Part shown: piece after piece, positions 27,566-41,713 of the stretch
How the letters are laid out: every line of letters begins with the position of its first letter
Numbering within the stretch: the stretch's first letter is position 1
Origin: Trichoplax sp. H2
Lineage: Eukaryota
Reading direction: 5' to 3'
NCBI GenBank assembly: GCA_003344405.1
Contig: NOWV01000001.1
Location: 1-64,000, forward strand
DNA length: 64,000 nt
Program-made: the position numbers and the translations under genes
Notes under the pieces: model-generated
The model's database searches: none
Told to the model about the DNA's origin: nothing
Seen by the model: only the letters and a program-made list of their open reading frames with translations

Positions 27566-30500
27566 TTATGTTGCTATATCAAAGCGTTGATCAGCTGGTA
27601 TTTCATCAATACTGTTAAATCCCGCTGCAGTCAAGAAAGCCTGACGGATAATTCGCTGAGTTTCTACTTCATTATCTTTCAAATATGAATTTATCCCAGT
27701 GATAAAATATTGCATTTCCTTTCGTAAATTGGCTAAACGATCAGAATTGATTAAACTAAGATGATTCATTGACACTAGATTTCCCTTGCTGCTTATTCCT
27801 CGGATATGATAATATTGCTGCAGTGATGCTGTTAGCATAGATTGTAGTTCTTTTATCTAAAATTATTATTTTTAGAAATCAATGAGTTAATAACGAATAC
27901 ATAATGAAAGCAAGTACTTAAAATGTATCGCATATATCAATTCTAAAGGGCGCTAGACTAACCTGTTCATGGTCACCAAGACTCTTCTCTAACGCCACAG
28001 TAGAATCTAATATCTCAATCATATTAGATTTACTTTCCATCCATTCCTTTTGTAACAATCGGTATTGGTGTGATAATGTTTTATTGCCTTCTAGTTTGCT
28101 ACTTAATTCAGACTAAAGAAGAAATATATAGCATAAAAGTTATATTCACCATACTAAATTAGAATGTTGAAAAAATTTAAATCAAATAGGACATTAATTA
28201 CATTTTTATTATCCAAAACGTTTGTACGTTCTTTCATTATAGCTTCGTGCCTATCGGTTAAGGTTTGTAGGCGATCTGTAATGCAATAAAGAAATAAAAA
28301 TAACGATTGAATTAAGAATTATTATTGGAGTATGCTTGTCGTATCATAAATTTATAAGTTATCATCTTTTCATCGAAAAGCCAAAACATCTATTCTTGCG
28401 TACAATAATTAAAGAAATCATTATGTACACTGCACAGCTCGAGTTAAACAGACATCTGTTATTTACCATTTATATTGTCAATCTCTTGATTTAAAGAATC
28501 TCTTATTAATCCTTCTGTATTTAATGTTCGATTTAAATCTTCTAGCTGAGCTCTATATGAAATGATTACAGGATTGTTATAATGTTAGAAATTTCGCGAG
28601 TGAAGTAATCCTTTTACACTAGGAATGTTAACATCGTTATTTAACTGAAAATTATTGCACTCTTTGCTTTTGTATGAAGCTAGCATAATTTATAGCTATT
28701 TGGTTATTTGCATGCTTTCTCCTGACGAAAGTACTTACTTTAGCTCAGCATTTTTAGGTAACGATTTAATAATCGTTTTTTCAATCATATGACTGGATGA
28801 TTCTACATCCTAAGTGACACATTTAAAAGATATATCAACGTCTAAGAAATTAACGATATATCATAATTAATGAGATCGAATTTACAACAAAGAAACCATA
28901 TTTTACCTCCAGTCTCTGATTGATAACATCTAGCGACCACTTCAATCTATCTAATTTTTTCTGTTGATTAAATACATCCGCCTAAAGATTCAGATAATTG
29001 TCCATAATCAGGAAAGATAGTCGAATATGTGATATTATTTTCTAGATACATATGATGGCAAACGCAGTAATTACTCTAAAAATGATAACTATTTTTAATC
29101 ATGTAACCTTCAATTGGACTTCCACTGGCTCTAGTTCATCTAACTTATTTTGATAAGCTATTTCTTCTGCATTTAATTTTTGAAGAACTTCTGCTAACTT
29201 CCTTTCTACTTCATTAAGAATAGCTTTCCTTTTAGATAGCATATCATCGGATTTTCCCACCTGAGTATTAGCACGAAGTGAAGATGCATTTACTTTTTTA
29301 TTCTTATATCTTATATTTTGAACAAAACACAGAACTATCATCGCCTTATTGTAATATCTTATCTTATTTCTATTTTTCGTTACTAACCTGATCACCAATA
29401 ACTATTAAAGCGTCATCAAGACCTTTAGCTTTTCTAGTTGCCCTTTCTTCGCGCCTTTTGTAATCTGTCTCACTCTTAGCAAGTTCAGCTGTATCTGCAG
29501 TTATGCGAGCCTGTAATTACATATCAATAATAAAACTTTTAACTTATTATTTGAAACTTATAGATCGATAAATTACAATTGGCACCAAATAGTTAATATT
29601 CTACTAAATCTTCTTATTTATCTAATTTACTTGTAAAAGCGTTTTGGCTCTAGTTTCATCTTGCAATTGTTTTCGTAGAGTTTCTGCCGTATTCTTTAGT
29701 GAATCTTCCGCAGATGCTACACGATCTTCCTCGCGTTGCAATCGGCCAATTTTATCATCATTATCCAATTGAAGAATGCGTACTTCACTCATACAAAACT
29801 AAACCGTGATATCACAATTGAGTATTGCTTAAACCGAAGTAAATATACTTATAAACATATCTGTGTTACGCGAATAGATATAAAAGTTTACGGTATAAAT
29901 TATTTTAATAACAAGTCTCCTGATTCGAACTTACATTAATTTGCTGATCTACTTTGACTAAATCCGATTTATATCGTTCAATATCTTTTCGACAACGATC
30001 AGTTTCTTTCGATAATTTATGAATTTGCTTTTTTAAAGATTCTATCTCAGACATCAATTGTAATTTTTTCTTTTTAGTTGTTTCTGTTGTTTTAATAATT
30101 TTCCTATTTTGATATTCTGCTCTAGCAACTTCTGTTTCGCCATCCATGCGACCTTTCTCATATAAGTTCTGCAAATCTTTAACTTCATTTTCTAAACTAG
30201 ATCGCTCTTTACTGCAATCCACGAGTTGATCATTAATCACATCAATCTATTTGTAATCGATTAGATGTATTGTTTGGATTATTATACTGACCAGATAGCT
30301 TCCTTTTAATGTTAAATCAAGAAAGGAATTGGGTATCAAGGAAGTCACGATAATCAAACATACCTTGACATTTTGCTTTTGTTCCGTATTAATTAATCTT
30401 TCCAGTTTGAGCTCTGTGAAAGAAAATTGCATTAGTTGTACAATCTTGTCATTTTGTATTTTATAAAGGAGCTCATTTCTATACTGCTATACACAGTTTT

Positions 30501-32463
30501 ATTAACTTGCGATAATTTTGTCATAACTGAAAGATTCTTACATACCTAATTCGGTAAATTCATGTTTATTTTCCTCCACTTTTTTTCTCATGCTATCAAT
30601 TACTTGAGTATTCTTTAACTGCTGCTTTATGCATTTATCATAATTTTTCTCAACTTTTCGTAATTCTTCTTCTATTTTATTTTTTTCTGCTTTAATCGTT
30701 TCACGCTCTTTATCAACGCGGGTTTGCGCCTAGGATAGTTTTAAATTAACGGAAATAAAATGCTTATTATCATTGAACTCTATAGCCGAACCAAAGATAT
30801 ATTAATCTAGTAAGGTATGATACTTTTTAGAATAAATATAATGAGCTTGAAAAGCTACATATCGAAATTTTTACTAACTTCGTTCCTACGAGCTCGTGCA
30901 TCTTCTAGTTTAACTAGTACTTTATTTAATTCTTCAGAAGCAATTTCTTGTTCTGCTCTGATATTGATAATTGCTAATTTCTCCAATTGAAGCTTTCGTT
31001 CTACAAGTGGACTAAATAAAGGCTGGGTATTTAGTATTTGGGTTAAATGTCCTGAGTTAATAATTTCATGTCATAATTTACAGAATTACGTAAATAAAAT
31101 TCGTTACAGCTACTAAAACTTACTAGCTTTCTTTACAAAAAGATAATTCATCTTTCATTCTACTGTTCATATCTTCCGCTTTCAATACGCGATCTTTTAA
31201 TCTCTCTAATTTCCTCTCTTGATACGAATTATGCCATCGCAGTTCCATAATATCAAGTGCACAAGTTTCATGTTCTAAACAAAGACGAAAAATCTTTAAT
31301 ATTTATTTATTTGTATTTAGCTTGTTAACTACGATAAATTAGAATAACAGATATAAGAATCAAACTAGGGAACTAGTTTACCTTTTTGTACTGCTTTGGG
31401 TAATTCGGTAAGTCTTTTTTTGGTTAATTTTTCAATTTCATTATTTAAAGATTTAACAGTTTTTATTTGTTGGTTTAAAGCCTTTCGATTACGATTTCGA
31501 TCAGCCTCTAATCGACCAAGTAGTGTTAATACTTCATCGATTATTTCTTCCAAGGAAAACTTCTCCTTAGCATCGCCACTCCTTTCGCAATATTTTCCCG
31601 GCATGCTTGCCCCTATGCCCACAATTTCCAGTGCAGCTCTACCGCCCTGATGCTGATCGTGAGGTTTCAGTGAACTAATAATCGAGCTAGATGAGTCCAT
31701 ACCACTTTCAGTAGCTGTAGTGCGTGAAGTTGCAGCGGAAGAGAAACGAATCTGCCTGCTACTTCTATCATCAGTGTGACTTGATAGATTAGATATACTA
31801 CGCTCAGACGCATCATTTTCATTTGCATTGCTTTCAAGATCATTTGTCTGACTAACAGTATTTGTATCTGTAATCGCGTGATCATCATCGGGTTTAGCCT
31901 CTATCAACTTGGATTCTAACTGTTGTAGATGCTCTATCACTTTGCGAATACATGGTGATTTCGATTTGCTTAATTCGCAACTTCTTCTTCGATGTTCTTT
32001 ATTATAGAATTTAATAGCCCAATCTTCTGGTAATGGTCCAATTTGATCTAATTATTCAGTGCAGAAAGGATATAGGAATGTTAAATAATATAATTAGAAA
32101 AGAAGATTGGAGTTACCTTATCAAGTATCATTTTACTTATTTTAATAGCATGTAAAATATCATATAAGCATCGAAGCTTGCGTATCACTGTTAGCCGGCA
32201 GGACAGATATGTTGAATATCAGTAATCTACTTTACGGTACCTTCTGTTTCATCTATCTCTTCATCATCAACACGACTCAGTGTTATTTTACTAGAACGCT
32301 CATTCGTTGCTCCGGACTGAATGCCAGACTGTCTGCTGTAAATGAATAATCTTGGTGATCCTCGATACCAGTCGTTAGCTTCAGGTTTAGGGATATCACC
32401 AATTGCTCCTACTTGAAAATAACCTGTCCTATCATCTGAAAATTCGGTTGCTAACATCGCCAT
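27566..32463 (-). CDS. CCDC178: Coiled-coil domain-containing protein 178-like, multi-exon
   Basis: RRSCELSKSKSPCIRKVIEHLQQLE and EVLTLLGRLEADR...LPKAVQKEHETCALDIMELRWH resemble CCDC178; many short GT-AG introns with consistent phases where traced; long heptad-rich coiled coil. Confidence 0.8.
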
Positions 32464-32670
32464 GCCTATATTAAATTAAATTATTGTAGTTGTTTCATCA
32501 ACTGTAAAATCGTTTGAAACTTCTCATCCCCTTTAAGATTATTTAGTTCAAACTAATGCTGTCATCTTAGTCGATATAGCATTAAATAATTGCTGTTTGT
32601 ACGTAATATTCTACTGTAGAATATAATACGACGTTGAAAGAGTATAGTAGTTGGATTGTGTAGTAAACAA

Positions 32671-32684
32671 GTTTCCATGGCAAC
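32671..32684. promoter_or_regulatory. Canonical X-box (RFX binding site)
   Basis: GTTTCCATGGCAAC matches the GTTNCCATGGNAAC consensus, ~210 bp upstream of the CCDC178 ATG. Confidence 0.7.
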
Positions 32685-35600
32685 CAAATAATAGAATAGT
32701 GAATCATAGTCTGTCGCAATTTGCGTCTATACATGCGGGCAGTAGCATAGATTTTAGGTACATTAGGGCGCCTTACTCGTAAATGAGTATTAATAACTGT
32801 AGTTACTTCTGGATATGTTTGCGTATATTAATTATGCTTAACCTATCAAGTACAAAGGATTGGCCATTTATTGAAATACTCAAGGCAGTCAGCTACAAGC
32901 TTACGAGGAATGCCTAGGCATTCGTATGGTACGAATGGTACAAATGTGCTATATTATCCCTCTTGCTGTCAATACAGTGTTTTGTTTCGTATATACCGTA
33001 CTACTCTATTATATAACAATATCATAGGGTAAATAGGGCAGAATGAGTTTATATCATATCAAGTGATGGCTTAGGGATTACGTGTATGTACTGCCTAATT
33101 ATTGCATCTTAAACCGAACGGATGGTCACTAAGAGTTTTTCGCAATTGCCCGTAAAAATGTAAATATATTAAGATAATAAAACATGTACACTATACCAAT
33201 CATTGCTTATACTTACTGCTATCTTACTGAAATTTACCCTGCCAGAAGTAAGCATAACTTACGATTGATGATATGATGATCAATAAATCCTAATACTAAT
33301 ACTTTCTTGATATACAACTATTTAATATAGCATAGTAGTTGCTAATTTATTCATTTAAAACTCACTAAAAATTACGATCGAATTTGAATATAATGCCGTA
33401 CCGTATATTAATACTAATGCATGATGGCTTATGCTATATGCCATGCGTGCTATATACAATGTTATATACGTGATGCATCATATTCCTGTATATTAGTGCT
33501 AACGCATTGTTTATGTGATAATTCATAATTGTAAGCCACTAATCAGGAAATAGTCGGTAATGAATATAAAGTTGGCATATGGAATACACAATGCATATTA
33601 TACATACACTTGTCGGCTTCCTTATATAAGCAATACGAATTGTAATCCTTAATTAATTACTGTAAATTATTTATTCGAAAGTTTCTTAGCCTAACACGTA
33701 CAACAAGCAATTAAATTATATGCATTATCCTATGCGATAAGAAAATGTGAGATATACGCCCAGTCGGTTTTAAGTCTGTCATTTTACAAGCAATACCTCT
33801 TAAACCAGCTATGGTTAAATTCGAAGAATATAGCAAACCTGGTATAGATCCAAGAAATCAGTATCCGCAAATGCTCTTATATTATCTAAATAATCAATTT
33901 GATATTTGATAACTAGAAATATTTTCTTTTAGTCACAATAAAGTTATATATAATTGCTCCATGTAATATTTCTATCTATCCAATTTGCCTTGTACAGTGT
34001 ATTACAATTATTGCGGATAATATAATCAGAGTTTTAGTCTATAATGTACTATTGATTTGAGGCACTTTAAGCAGAAATACAAACAAGCAGGATATGAAAT
34101 ATTAGTACTTTATTTTGTTAAGTTTTATACAATGCAGTTAAGCAATTGCGTTGAAGCTTTTCGATACTGAATATCTGAACATAAATTTGTGATGTCATGC
34201 TTATAAACTGTTTCATAGCGTGGCATTAATTAATAGTTATATAGTAGTCATCTCTGACCACGATAAACAAAACTTCTATGATAACGATATTTTAATGAAG
34301 AAACAATAAAGTAATTAATTCTAAAATTGTATTTGAAAATCTTTAATTAGTAACTTAATTGCTGAATTTAGATAAAAACCATAACAAACAAAAGCATTTT
34401 AGACTAAATATAAATTTCTGTAAGGAGTAAATCTATCATTTAAGTTAATACATTCAAGCCTTTTCAAATCTTCAGAGCCAATAAATACTAGGGAAATCTT
34501 ATAATTAAAGTCTGTTGTGTTAATCTAGCATTTACTACATAAATATGATACAATGCTGAAATTTATTTGAGGAAACATTATTCTTCAAGTAACGTAGAAC
34601 AAACCTTACGTATATAAATATCTATGGTAGGTGTTGATGATGATCAATTACGCATAATATCATGCGAAATGAATATTTTGGAAAATTTACAGCCTTTATG
34701 AAAGCGACATTGTTCTAAGTAAGTATTCTGACGATATAATCTCTACATTGAATCTAGTAATCATATAGCATATTCAATATTGTAAGGTTTTAATAGAAAT
34801 AAAGTTAGGATGATAATGTTAAGCTCGCATCGGGAGTTTCATTCAATATTTATACCGGGCATACCGAAATGGTCTGTCATAATTACTAATAGTTGGACCT
34901 ACACCGTTATACTTCATACTGTATGTGCTTGTACTTTTACTTTACAATTCAATCATACAAACATTTTATTAAATACTAGCGATAAATAACTCAGAGTAAT
35001 GTAAATTCCCCGGTCGCGACTGCCTGAAATATTATATAGGTAATTATGTTTTTAATTCTTACGGTTTATCGTGTCCGATTAACGAATAGGCAACCACTAT
35101 TATAACAATAAATCGTTTAATTAAATATACTGGGTGTTATCGAACATAGTTTGCTAGTCGTCAAAAGTTGTTACGTTAACGTTACAGATATGCTAATGAA
35201 GATCATCTAATAAGCTTTAAGATTCCATGTTATAATGCATAAATAGGCGATCTGCTTAACATGATAATGATTCAATATTGACAAACTGTTTGTTTACAGG
35301 AATAAATAGTGATTGATAATTGTCAATCATAATACACCATCGCATTTACTGGTTGCTAATATTAACTACTCTCTTTATTGTCCTAAAAGCATTGTTTTAT
35401 TACCTTCATGATGGATCTATATTAAGTTTTGGTAGCAACCACTTTATTTTGTCGTAATATTATTGGTCTTAGATACAAAGGTGGACTGAAAAAAAGTAAC
35501 ATGGCCAACGTTCCCGATTAGTCGTTCGACTTTTAAATGAAGGCTTATCATTAATATAAAGTACATTATCTGGATTTTATTGCTTGACCTACGTTATAAG

Positions 35601-36270
35601 CTAAAGGACTGATCTTTCTTTTTTTACCTTGACACTCATTTAATAAAGTAAGTAATTCTATTTAATAATTAATTAATTAGTTTACGTGATGATTTTGATA
35701 GCTTTCTTTGTAACAACAGTGGCCTGATTAAATGATATCGTTAAAGTCACGATATGTGATCTTGTTTGTAAATGTCACCACTTAGATCGCCTTTTACTAT
35801 TATTTTTCTACCTAATAAAATTTAAATGTACCTACTTTATAAGTTATGAGCAATCAATTGTCATGACTGTACTCTACTTCACCATGATGGCACCGAGTGA
35901 GCCGGAAGTTAAATTTTTTAATAGGATATCTTACTCGTAGTCTTGATTCGACAACGAAATAATTTGCATTACTTCGTAGCTATGTTTACAGCAAACAATT
36001 AATTTATCCAATATGATAGTCCATCGTAAAAGTCTAATTGATTTTTACAATCATAAAAAGTGGGTGACAGTTTTAATATATTAGTTTTCAATAACACAAA
36101 AGATTATCTATTAATTTAACCAGAAAAAACATTACCAATAATTTGATGAAATATGGTGTTACAGGCAGATTAAATAATTGTTTTATGTTATGGATCATAT
36201 CTAAACGATTAGCAATCATTTAAAATCACTATGGATTCATGGTTTAATTTCCAATCTATTCTTATAGATT

Positions 36271-37062
36271 ATGAGCGAAAATATGGTGAATTCCTCATTT
36301 GACAGAAGATCATCATTAGCTCCACGTAAAAGTATAGTCTTAGATACAACATCTCCAGAAAAACAGCAACAAATTTATTACGTCTACCAAGATCAAAAAT
36401 ATATCTATAATATTAGTAAAGATACACAAGATAATAACCAAAATCATCCAGCTGCTGAACAATATTTCAATAGTCTTAATTATAAAAATGTTAAGGATAA
36501 AGCTCAAGCGAAAAGGATACAGATGGAAGAGATCGATGACGAAACATTAATCTTGAAACGTGCTCTACTAATTAAACAACATGCGGCCATATTAAAACGT
36601 AATACCAACAAACGTCGGACTCAAGAATGGCTCAAAGAGGAAGAAAATCATGAAACGAAGTTTATTACATCGAATAAGGTTCAACATGTACCTAGTGGTC
36701 ATCGTAATGGAGTCTATCAATCTATTCCTAGCTTAAAACAGCCAGAATGGCCAGGCGAAAGTTCATTAGAGGTCTTATGGAATAGAAGTTCCCGTCAATT
36801 AAGCAATTCATTAAATCGTCGTTCTAAAAGTGGCACCCGAACTCGCCCATCATTAGCACCGGAGTTTCAACGCTCCAGACACGATAGTTATCCGCTATTA
36901 CCATCGACTACTACGTTAACTAATCAATTTTCCTTACCCAATCTTCAAAATCCCTACTGGCAATTAGGAAGCCCAAGTAAAGTACGTCACTTTTGCGGTA
37001 CAAATCTATCATTTCCGGCATCTCGCATATCAGGTAGAAAAATTCATTCCGCGTATCAATAA
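36271..37062 (+). CDS. Uncharacterised 263-aa basic, Ser/Arg-rich protein (single coding exon)
   Basis: 792-nt ORF in very AT-rich DNA; ATG 3 nt after a splice-acceptor-like ttcttatag; no domain recognised. Confidence 0.6.
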   Translation: MSENMVNSSFDRRSSLAPRKSIVLDTTSPEKQQQIYYVYQDQKYIYNISKDTQDNNQNHPAAEQYFNSLNYKNVKDKAQAKRIQMEEIDDETLILKRALLIKQHAAILKRNTNKRRTQEWLKEEENHETKFITSNKVQHVPSGHRNGVYQSIPSLKQPEWPGESSLEVLWNRSSRQLSNSLNRRSKSGTRTRPSLAPEFQRSRHDSYPLLPSTTTLTNQFSLPNLQNPYWQLGSPSKVRHFCGTNLSFPASRISGRKIHSAYQ

Positions 37063-39145
37063 GTGCCAAACATTAAAGTACTACATTATTAAATCGATGG
37101 AGAATATCCCGAAAATGGCGCATTATCTCCAAATTTAATAGGTCAGATTGTAATAGTATCCGTGTCAAATGCGATACTAATGAAAATACTGACAAGACAA
37201 TGTTTGTAAATTTATATAAATCATAAATCATCTACGCTATATGCCCATAGATCCTGATGTTGACTACAAATTAGTAACGATGTATCACAGAAATTTTTAG
37301 ACATCGGGTTTCCATAAATTCTAGTTTTTCGATTGTTTTATCATGAAACTACCGTATATAAATTCATGAAATCGTATCATTCAGATTGATCTGAACTTGG
37401 GTAATTTCACTACTCTTAATTCAACATATACTAAATATTTTCTTAACTACGTAAGAAAATTTCCTAAACCTTACTATTGCAAAATAGTGCTACTCTTTAA
37501 AATATCTTTTACTGTTTACATCAGTAATTATAGAATCATCTTTAAAACTACAATTCGAAGACACAATTTACTTAACGATAAAATGAATATTTCTTGAGCC
37601 TGCTATTGACGGCAAGCCTAATTGAAAGCGTCTGTTATGCTTACAAAAATTTTAAACTACTGGACTCCAGTTCGATAATACTTTAATTTTATAGTGCTAC
37701 TAGATGCGTTAATTTGGATAGACTTAAACGTGCAAATAACCGTAACATTAGGCTATATTTTAGAGAGGTACATTATAGATTTAGAAAGTTTATGCTCTAA
37801 TAGCTTATTTATCAACTCTGCTATTATTAATTGCAACAATGGCGATTAAAATCTGTATAACGAATAACTTCCCCTATTCTATAGCTACGATTTGCCCTAA
37901 TGTATATCGGGGAAGATTAGAGTAAAATTGTAGAAATAATGAGAAACGTTCTCCTAAAAATTAAAATTAATTGCTATATCGATTTATTCAAGTAAATTTA
38001 CAAAATATTCTACGAATAAAATAATTAAGGTGTTGACCAATTTGTTATTGGAAATAGTTTATTGTCCTTCTAATTCTCAATTTTCGTAGCTATTGTACCT
38101 ACTCTTAATATCTTAGGTTTTATCCTTAGGAGAGCGCTGTTTTATCTATATCATGTCGATTATTCCTATCATTACAAAATATTAAAGACTGAATATTATA
38201 TTATTTTTACGGCAGCGTAGCATTAATAACAATTTTTTGACTGTATAGAATGCTAGCTGATATGTTAAATTGAATTTTTATCGAAATTGTTTACTTTTGA
38301 TGTTGACTTATTCATCGGAATGAATAAAAATTGTTATATAAAATTTGGTAAATTTGATAGCTTCTGCCAATTCGATCTTTATTACTTTAGTATATTAGCA
38401 TACCTATTTCTGTAACTAACACGTTTTATACAGTAATGAGAACCTTCGATGCTAAATAGCTTGAATGGACTTAATAGATTCTATGTTCATTCATATTATA
38501 TTTTACTGCAAACGAATACTACCATATTTATTTTCTCCTGAATAATTTTATTTTCTGAGACTCGCCTGCCTACAATAGATACCGTAATCCTGCCTGTTGC
38601 ATAATCTCCTATCAAATTTAGTGTTAGAAGTAATTATTTCTATACTTTTGCCTTTATTTGAAAATTCTATTGGACTTTACTAAAATTAGCCTTAAAAATC
38701 CAATCAAATCTATTGCTACAAGTAATTATTGATAAACACGTACCTTTACCATTACTAGGAAATTTTAATTGACTTTATTCCTATACCAGATATTACATAA
38801 TGTTGATGCCGTGGCTTCAAATACATATATTCTCATTTATTAGCCTCAAACAGATTTTAAAAAGTACCGTTAAGGTAAATGCTCTATTCAACTTTGGATA
38901 GAGTATAGGAAATGTTCGTTTATCAAATCGTCAAATAAGTAGATTCGACTTTAGTTAAGCTCCGAGAAAAAATTCTTGCAACGATTCGCTTACAGTACAT
39001 ACTGAGCGAAGATTAGCTAGTAACATTAGAAGGTGGTGACAGACACTACGATTTGAGTCTTACTATTGCATTACTATATTTTAGAATTAACAAGATCTTA
39101 ACTACATTTGATATTGGAATGTCAGTTAAGCAACTACGAAACTAG

Positions 39146-39547
39146 CTCAGAATCAGTCTTTTCGTTGGAGGTGGGCTCCTCCTGTTATGTGCAGGCGGTT
39201 TGATATGCTGCTATCGATTTCACAGACTGAAAAGGAAACGAATGTATGAGATCACGTCTGACATTAGTGATGGCGTAAGCTCTCAAGATGCAAATCGTGA
39301 TAATAATCAATCCGAGTCATTTAATCCTGGTAACCAGCAACAGCAATCAATACAACAAGTCGATCTTGCCAAATTGTCTTCTTGGTATAATAGCAAAATA
39401 ATACAATTTTTAACGACTAATAGGTCATCAATTTGCTGCAACATCGGGACAATACTGTATAAGCCCTTACTTCTAGATGAAACTTGCAATAATATAATGG
39501 AAGAGATATTAATGAAGGAAGCCGTTCATTTATTTTATTTTTGGTGA
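39146..39547 (+). other. Exon or remnant of a single-pass membrane protein (TM plus cytoplasmic tail)
   Basis: Frame reads LRISLFVGGGLLLLCAGGLICCYRFHRLKRKR (hydrophobic segment, CC, basic stop-transfer); preceded by in-frame TAG at 39143-39145. Confidence 0.35.
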
Positions 39548-41176
39548 TATTCTAGTACTATTTTATAAGCTTTTACTTCTATATGAAACTTCTGATAGTA
39601 TAATGAACGTCAAAATGAGTAATTAAATAAGAAATTAATTTACGATATCTCTATACACAAGATATTGTAGAACTAGCGCCATTACTACACTTAGTAATCA
39701 CTACATTTCCTATAACAACATTAGAAGCGCTATAATTAGAACATCAGTAAACGTGTAGCAACATAATCCAGCAGGAGAATCTTTTTCGCATTGCCCATAC
39801 ATTAAAGTCTATAGGAAAAGAGAAAAGTATAATTCTGTTAATAGATATTAATTAAATTTTAAATTGCGTTACTCTAATTCCTTAAAAATAATTGGTCCTG
39901 ATATTGACCCATTTGCCTATAGCCAATTTTTAGATTAGGTAATGATGGCATTTATATCTAGATAAAGCATCAGGTTATTAATTTACAAACTTCAGATACA
40001 GTTTCAATGTCTTAATCATATTAGATAATTAGCAGTTACAGTATCAATAAATAAAAGGGTAAGCTGGTATTATAAAATTTTAAAATTTTTTAAATTTTTA
40101 TTCTTAATGATTTTATAGAATCGAAAGCTTCTCCTCTGTCTTATACGAACGCTATTGAAATAAAGGATTAAGACTGCAACTAAAATTAGGATACGAAGTC
40201 AAAGAATCACTCTAGCGATTATGATCATCATATAAAGAATTGGTAGTACTACGACCATTACAACTAACTGCTAAGAATTAGTCAGTATCAGCTATATTTT
40301 AGCCTTTATTTAGAGCTATTCATTTTGTTATAAGCGTATTAGCTTAAGATTGAAAGATCATGTCAGAAGCGTAAATGGCAGTAGAGTATTTAATTATTTG
40401 ATTCTTTAAAGAACCTTATCCCTGTCTTCCTTCATATTCAGTAGCATTAGTAAATCAACTGAAGCTTTGAAAAGTTAATTTTTAAGCAAATTTTGTCAAT
40501 TTTTAAATCACATATATATTAAAATTTAGCTGATGTCAGTTTAATGAGCTAAGCTACGAAATAGAGTTAAATGAGCTTGGTAGTATAATTTCATTCAGTA
40601 TGGTTTTAATTTCAGGCTATCGGATCGTAATATCAGCAGCAATGATTAAATAGATTTAAATTACTAAGTGCTGACATTATTGAAATGATTTAGACAAAAC
40701 ACATTAAGCTGCTTAAAATTGGAACATAATTGGAAATATGTCGCTATCATCGTAGCGAGCTTGAGAACTTTGTTTCCTTTGGATTTTGACAGATATACAC
40801 TACACGTATGTAAATGTCTAGCTGTACGACTTTGTAAAGTAGAGCTCTAGCTACTACCCAGCAACTGGAATAAGAACAAGTAAACTACCAGAAGTAGAAC
40901 AATTTGTTCATATTGATTCACATTACTGACCGGCATGAACTAAAACCAAAGCATCATTCCTGCTCACGAGTAGCCGTGTTACTCACTATAACATTAGCCA
41001 GTTTCATTTACGAAATTAGCGATTTCAATTTGTCTTGTATCGTATGTTAAATTAGGAGTGTTGCATTGAAAATGTTATTCCTTCTTTTCATCCTCGTAAT
41101 TTAAATAATTATTAACCTCGATAAAAGAGAACTATTACTTACAACTTAATGCCAGGGATGCTCATATTCATCTTCG

Positions 41177-41636
41177 TTACGGAGTTGATAAATCCTTCTG
41201 CTGGCATAAGTTATCCACACATACCAAATTTAAATCCGGGCAACATTCCTTATTCGATTTGCAGGTTTTATTTTCCAATTTGTGACACATATGTTCCCTG
41301 TATAACTGTAATACATAACCAGGATGAGGAATAAATCTTCAAATAGTAACTGCTTTGTAGGTAAAATTTTATGCGATAATTTAGGACGGTATACGTATGC
41401 TGCTGAAATCTGTATCCAATTCATACTTCAATTAGAAATTTCAAAAGTGATTCAATAGTAATGTGTAATCATAAAAAATGTCATTTATCAATGTGGCATT
41501 AGAATCTGACCTTTCTTTCTTCTTTAAGACCTTCTAAAACTTTGTCAATGTCTTCTTGAGATCTCGATATTCGACAATTAGCTGATCTTAAAATTAAGAA
41601 AAAGAAGAGGAATACGATAAAGATTTGGTTTCTCAT
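41177..41636 (-). CDS. Secreted cysteine-knot (ICK/knottin-like) prepropeptide; exons 41511-41636 and probably 41177-41305 (~84 aa)
   Basis: MRNQIFIVFLFFFLILRSANC (signal) RISRSQEDIDKVLEGLKEERK | LYREHMCHKLENKTCKSNKECCPDLNLVCVDNLCQQKDLSTP*; GTCAG donor and tacAG acceptor in phase 0; TATA-like element upstream. Confidence 0.7.
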
Positions 41637-41713
41637 GACTTTTTTTTAATCTTTTGTCAGCCCTTTCGCAATCGATATGATCAATGTATCAACGGATGCA
41701 ACTAAACTCTTAG

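Noticed and set aside
41149-41424. ORF-track ORFs 41149-41334 (+) and 41230-41424 (-)
   Set aside because: Better explained as shadows of the knottin exon, which lies in a different minus-strand frame
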